Below the pieces are notes generated by a model that saw nothing but the letters and a program-made list of their open reading frames with translations, had not been told where the DNA came from and ran no database searches. DNA of 64,000 nt. Origin: Candidatus Magasanikiibacteriota bacterium (GTDB taxonomy: Bacteria > Patescibacteriota > Patescibacteriia > Magasanikbacterales > GWA2-37-8). Every line of letters begins with the position of its first letter. Position 1 is the first letter of the stretch. Positions 61,467 through 64,000 of the stretch are shown here, in pieces. A program made the position numbers and the translations under genes. The stretch lies in the NCBI GenBank assembly GCA_016189025.1, contig JACPGS010000029.1, positions 15,911 to 79,910 of the forward strand, in the 5' to 3' direction.

Positions 61467-62192
61467 ATGCGCTGGAAAACCTCCCTTACCAAAATAGAGA
61501 ACGAGCAGGAAATCATCCGTGGGCATAATCTGCAGCAACTGGTCCAGACCAAGACTTTTGTTGAGGTGATTTGGCTGCTGCTTAAAGGTCAGTTGCCGAA
61601 CGCCGCCGAGACCCGCCTGGCCAACGCCTTATTTGCCGCGGCGATTGATCATGGCGTTGGGGCGCCGTCGGCCACCGTGGCGCGGATGGTGGCTTCCACC
61701 GGTAATAGTTTACATACGGCAGTCGCTGCCGGCGTGCAGACGCTGGGCGAGCGCCATGGCGGCGCGATTGAGGGGGCGGCTGAATTTTTTCAGGAGAACG
61801 TCAATGTGACCGATGTTACCGGCCTGGTAAAATCTCTTAAAGACAAAAAAAATCGTATTCCCGGATACGGTCATAAAGTGTTGACGCATGATCATCGTGC
61901 CGATACCTTATTTACGATCGCTAAAGAAACCGGTGGTTATGGCAAGCATTGTACGTTTGCCGCGGCGGTCGGTGAGGCGTTAAACAAAATTTCCTCTAAA
62001 CCTCTACCCTTAAACATTGACGGGGCGATGGGCGCCATTATTTCGGACCTGGGTTTTGATTGGTGCCTCGCCCAGGGCTTTTTTATCATCGGTCGCGTGC
62101 CGGGCCTGGTAGCCCAGGTGTACGAAGAACTGACGAGCGGCGCGGGGGTGCGGCGCTTGAGCGAGGAGGAGATTGAGTATATTGGACAGTAA
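61467..62192 (+). CDS. citrate synthase-like short protein (citryl-CoA lyase-like)
   Basis: 241 aa; IPGYGHKVLTHDHRADTL resembles the citrate synthase G-[FY]-G-H-x-V…D-P-R signature; corresponds only to the C-terminal catalytic domain. Confidence 0.55.
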   Translation: MRWKTSLTKIENEQEIIRGHNLQQLVQTKTFVEVIWLLLKGQLPNAAETRLANALFAAAIDHGVGAPSATVARMVASTGNSLHTAVAAGVQTLGERHGGAIEGAAEFFQENVNVTDVTGLVKSLKDKKNRIPGYGHKVLTHDHRADTLFTIAKETGGYGKHCTFAAAVGEALNKISSKPLPLNIDGAMGAIISDLGFDWCLAQGFFIIGRVPGLVAQVYEELTSGAGVRRLSEEEIEYIGQ

Positions 62193-62288
62193 GCGGTAAT
62201 GGCAATAAATGGCCGAACAATCTATTATTAGAAGCCCGCGAATACCCGGCGGCTTGCCGCCGCCGGGTTGGGTTTATTAGGATAGATT

Positions 62289-63569
62289 ATGCTCGAACAA
62301 ATTCTTGATCTGCACATTCACTCCAAATATTCCCGCGCTTGCTCGCCGGCTTTGGAGTTGCCGAATATTGCCCGGGCCTGCCGGCAGAAAGGGATCGATA
62401 TTGTATCCGCCGGCGATTTTACGCACCCGCTGTGGTTTAAGCATCTGGCGGAAAATTTGGCGGAGGAAAATGAGGGAGTATATGTATTAAGATCGGAGAT
62501 CGGAGATCAAAAATCCAAAGTTCGGTTTATTTTGAGTACGGAAATTTCCTGTATTTATAGCCACGGGGGGAAAACGCGGCGCATCCATTTGCTGATTTTT
62601 GCCCCGGCGCTGGCCGCTGCTCAAAAGTTTAATCAAGCATTAGAGAAACGCGGGGTTAATCTTAAAGCGGACGGGCGGCCGATTATGGGGCTCTCGGCCA
62701 AGGAGATTGTCCAGATCTGTCTAGCGATTGACGAACGGATGATGGTGGTGCCGGCGCATGCCTGGACGCCTTGGTTTTCGGTGTTCGGCTCCAAATCCGG
62801 CTATGACTCGCTGGCGGAATGTTTTGAGGAGTTTGTGCCACAGATTCACGCCATTGAAACCGGGCTCTCCAGCGATCCGCCGATGAACCGCCGGTTAAGC
62901 GCTTTGGACAATATCACGCTGATTTCCAATTCCGATGCGCACAGTCTGGATAATCTGGGGCGGGAGGCGAATGTTTTTGCTTTCACGGATTACCCGGATA
63001 TTACGTATGATAGAATTACCCGGATTATTAAAACCGGAAATCGCCAAAAATTTTTATACACCATTGAATTTTTTCCCGAGGAAGGCAAATATCATTACGA
63101 CGGGCATAAAGATTGCCAGGTAGTGTTGTCCCCGGCCGAGAGCAAACGCGAAGGAGGGCGTTGCCCGAAATGTAAAAGGCCGCTGACGATCGGCGTGCTT
63201 AACCGAGTAGAAGAATTAGCCGATCGGGCGGCCGAAGAAATCCCCGCGGGGAGATTCATTCCCCACCGTTCCCTGGTGCCGCTGCGCGAAATTATCGCCG
63301 CGGCGTTTTCCGTGGGAGTCGCCAGTAAACAGGTGGCGGTCGAATATCAGCGTTTGGTTAAAGCGCTCGGCAGCGAATTTGCCATTCTGCTGCATCGTTC
63401 GGCGGCGGAAATTAATCAAATGGCCAGCACCCCGGCAATTGCCGCCGGCATTGAACGGGTGCGGGCCGGCCGGGTAACGGCGCGGCCCGGTTACGACGGC
63501 GTTTTCGGCGTAGTGGATGTTTTAGGCGCAACACGCCCGCCGGCGCCGCGCCAAGCCGCCTTGCTTTAA
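62289..63569 (+). CDS. PHP-domain protein with CxxC zinc finger (endonuclease Q-like)
   Basis: DLHIHSKYSRAC PHP motif, CPKCKR finger, about 420 aa as in EndoQ. Confidence 0.55.
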   Translation: MLEQILDLHIHSKYSRACSPALELPNIARACRQKGIDIVSAGDFTHPLWFKHLAENLAEENEGVYVLRSEIGDQKSKVRFILSTEISCIYSHGGKTRRIHLLIFAPALAAAQKFNQALEKRGVNLKADGRPIMGLSAKEIVQICLAIDERMMVVPAHAWTPWFSVFGSKSGYDSLAECFEEFVPQIHAIETGLSSDPPMNRRLSALDNITLISNSDAHSLDNLGREANVFAFTDYPDITYDRITRIIKTGNRQKFLYTIEFFPEEGKYHYDGHKDCQVVLSPAESKREGGRCPKCKRPLTIGVLNRVEELADRAAEEIPAGRFIPHRSLVPLREIIAAAFSVGVASKQVAVEYQRLVKALGSEFAILLHRSAAEINQMASTPAIAAGIERVRAGRVTARPGYDGVFGVVDVLGATRPPAPRQAALL

Positions 63570-63587
63570 GAGCAAACAGAAACAAAA

Positions 63588-63613
63588 CCCCCCTGACAAA
63601 TCAGGGGGGTTTT
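63588..63613. terminator. bidirectional rho-independent terminator
   Basis: aaaa-cccccctgacaaatcagggggg-tttt. Confidence 0.6.
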
Positions 63614-63622
63614 AACTGTTAA

Positions 63623-63673
63623 CTAACGGCGGCGTTTCTTGCCGCCCTTCTTGGCCTTTTTCTTCTTTGCCAT
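63623..63673 (-). CDS. 16-codon highly basic peptide ORF (MAKKKKAKKGGKKRRR) with consensus RBS
   Basis: GGAGG 8 nt upstream of ATG on the minus strand; too short for the ORF track. Confidence 0.3.
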   Translation of the reverse strand: MAKKKKAKKGGKKRRR

Positions 63674-64000
63674 ATCGTACACCTCCTTTCTTAAATCGCG
63701 CGGCGCCGGAAGCGCCAGGCGCGCGGTGATGCAGTATCGCGTGAGTCGCTATATGTTTAGTGAGAATTCCCTAGGGAGTATTCCCACTCTCCCCGACCCC
63801 GTTTGATTCCGAGGAAAATTTTTTACCCGACAAGCATGGGGGTAAAATTTTCTTTCGACCTGATGAATATATTATAGAGTGTTTTGCAATAAAAATAAAT
63901 AGCGTCAAGCAAAGTTATGCACAGGGGGGGGGAAAATCGGAAAAAATTTATCAGTACGTTTTGTAAAATCAATTTAGAAATTAAAAAACCACCTCTCTTT

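Overview
This window mixes housekeeping genes with a dense set of accessory elements. Base composition is about 55-60% GC, broken by AT-rich and very GC-rich islands. The proteins (TrmB-type regulator, DUF4258/DUF2283 pair, AbiE modules, a retroelement with a small target, many small hypotheticals) suggest an uncultured, possibly Patescibacteria/CPR-like bacterium; that is inference only.

Housekeeping content: AI-2E transporter, Wzx-like flippase, SpoIID, recA, RodZ-like protein, ftsK, rpoB, rpoC, pyrF, a divergent Fe/Mn SOD, capA, yebC, ruvC, trxB, rpe, rpiB, ileS, a NIF3-like protein, sucC/sucD, and a polyamine operon (speA-like arginine decarboxylase, DHS-like, SET-domain protein, agmatinase).

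Accessory content: dinJ-yafQ, a DUF4258/DUF2283 pair, two AbiEii-like nucleotidyltransferase modules, a Fic protein, and a VKOR-DsbA pair.

Most notable is a complete diversity-generating retroelement (DGR) at 46.9-49.5 kb. It has a GC-rich target gene with a 117-bp C-terminal variable repeat (VR), a cognate template repeat (TR) that differs from the VR at 20 positions, every one a TR adenine, a divergently oriented Avd-like gene, and a YADD reverse transcriptase. A 13-nt poly-G tract sits at the avd/RT junction.

Second, a structured repeat family not explained by any gene call. It is a roughly 175-bp MITE-like element with terminal inverted repeats and a conserved long hairpin, present in three copies, each abutting the 5' end of a gene in the same relative orientation. 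A core-only relative lies at 38.5 kb, and compensatory base changes in the degenerate copy support a conserved fold.

Other points: a short repeat family (GTCATTCCGAG...GGAATCCC) at gene 3' ends; a candidate origin region (perfect DnaA box, AT-rich tract, gene-strand switch) upstream of rpoB; an 1158-aa orphan protein flanked by paralogous small membrane proteins; and a citrate-synthase-like short protein near sucCD. No tRNA, rRNA or CRISPR array was recognised.
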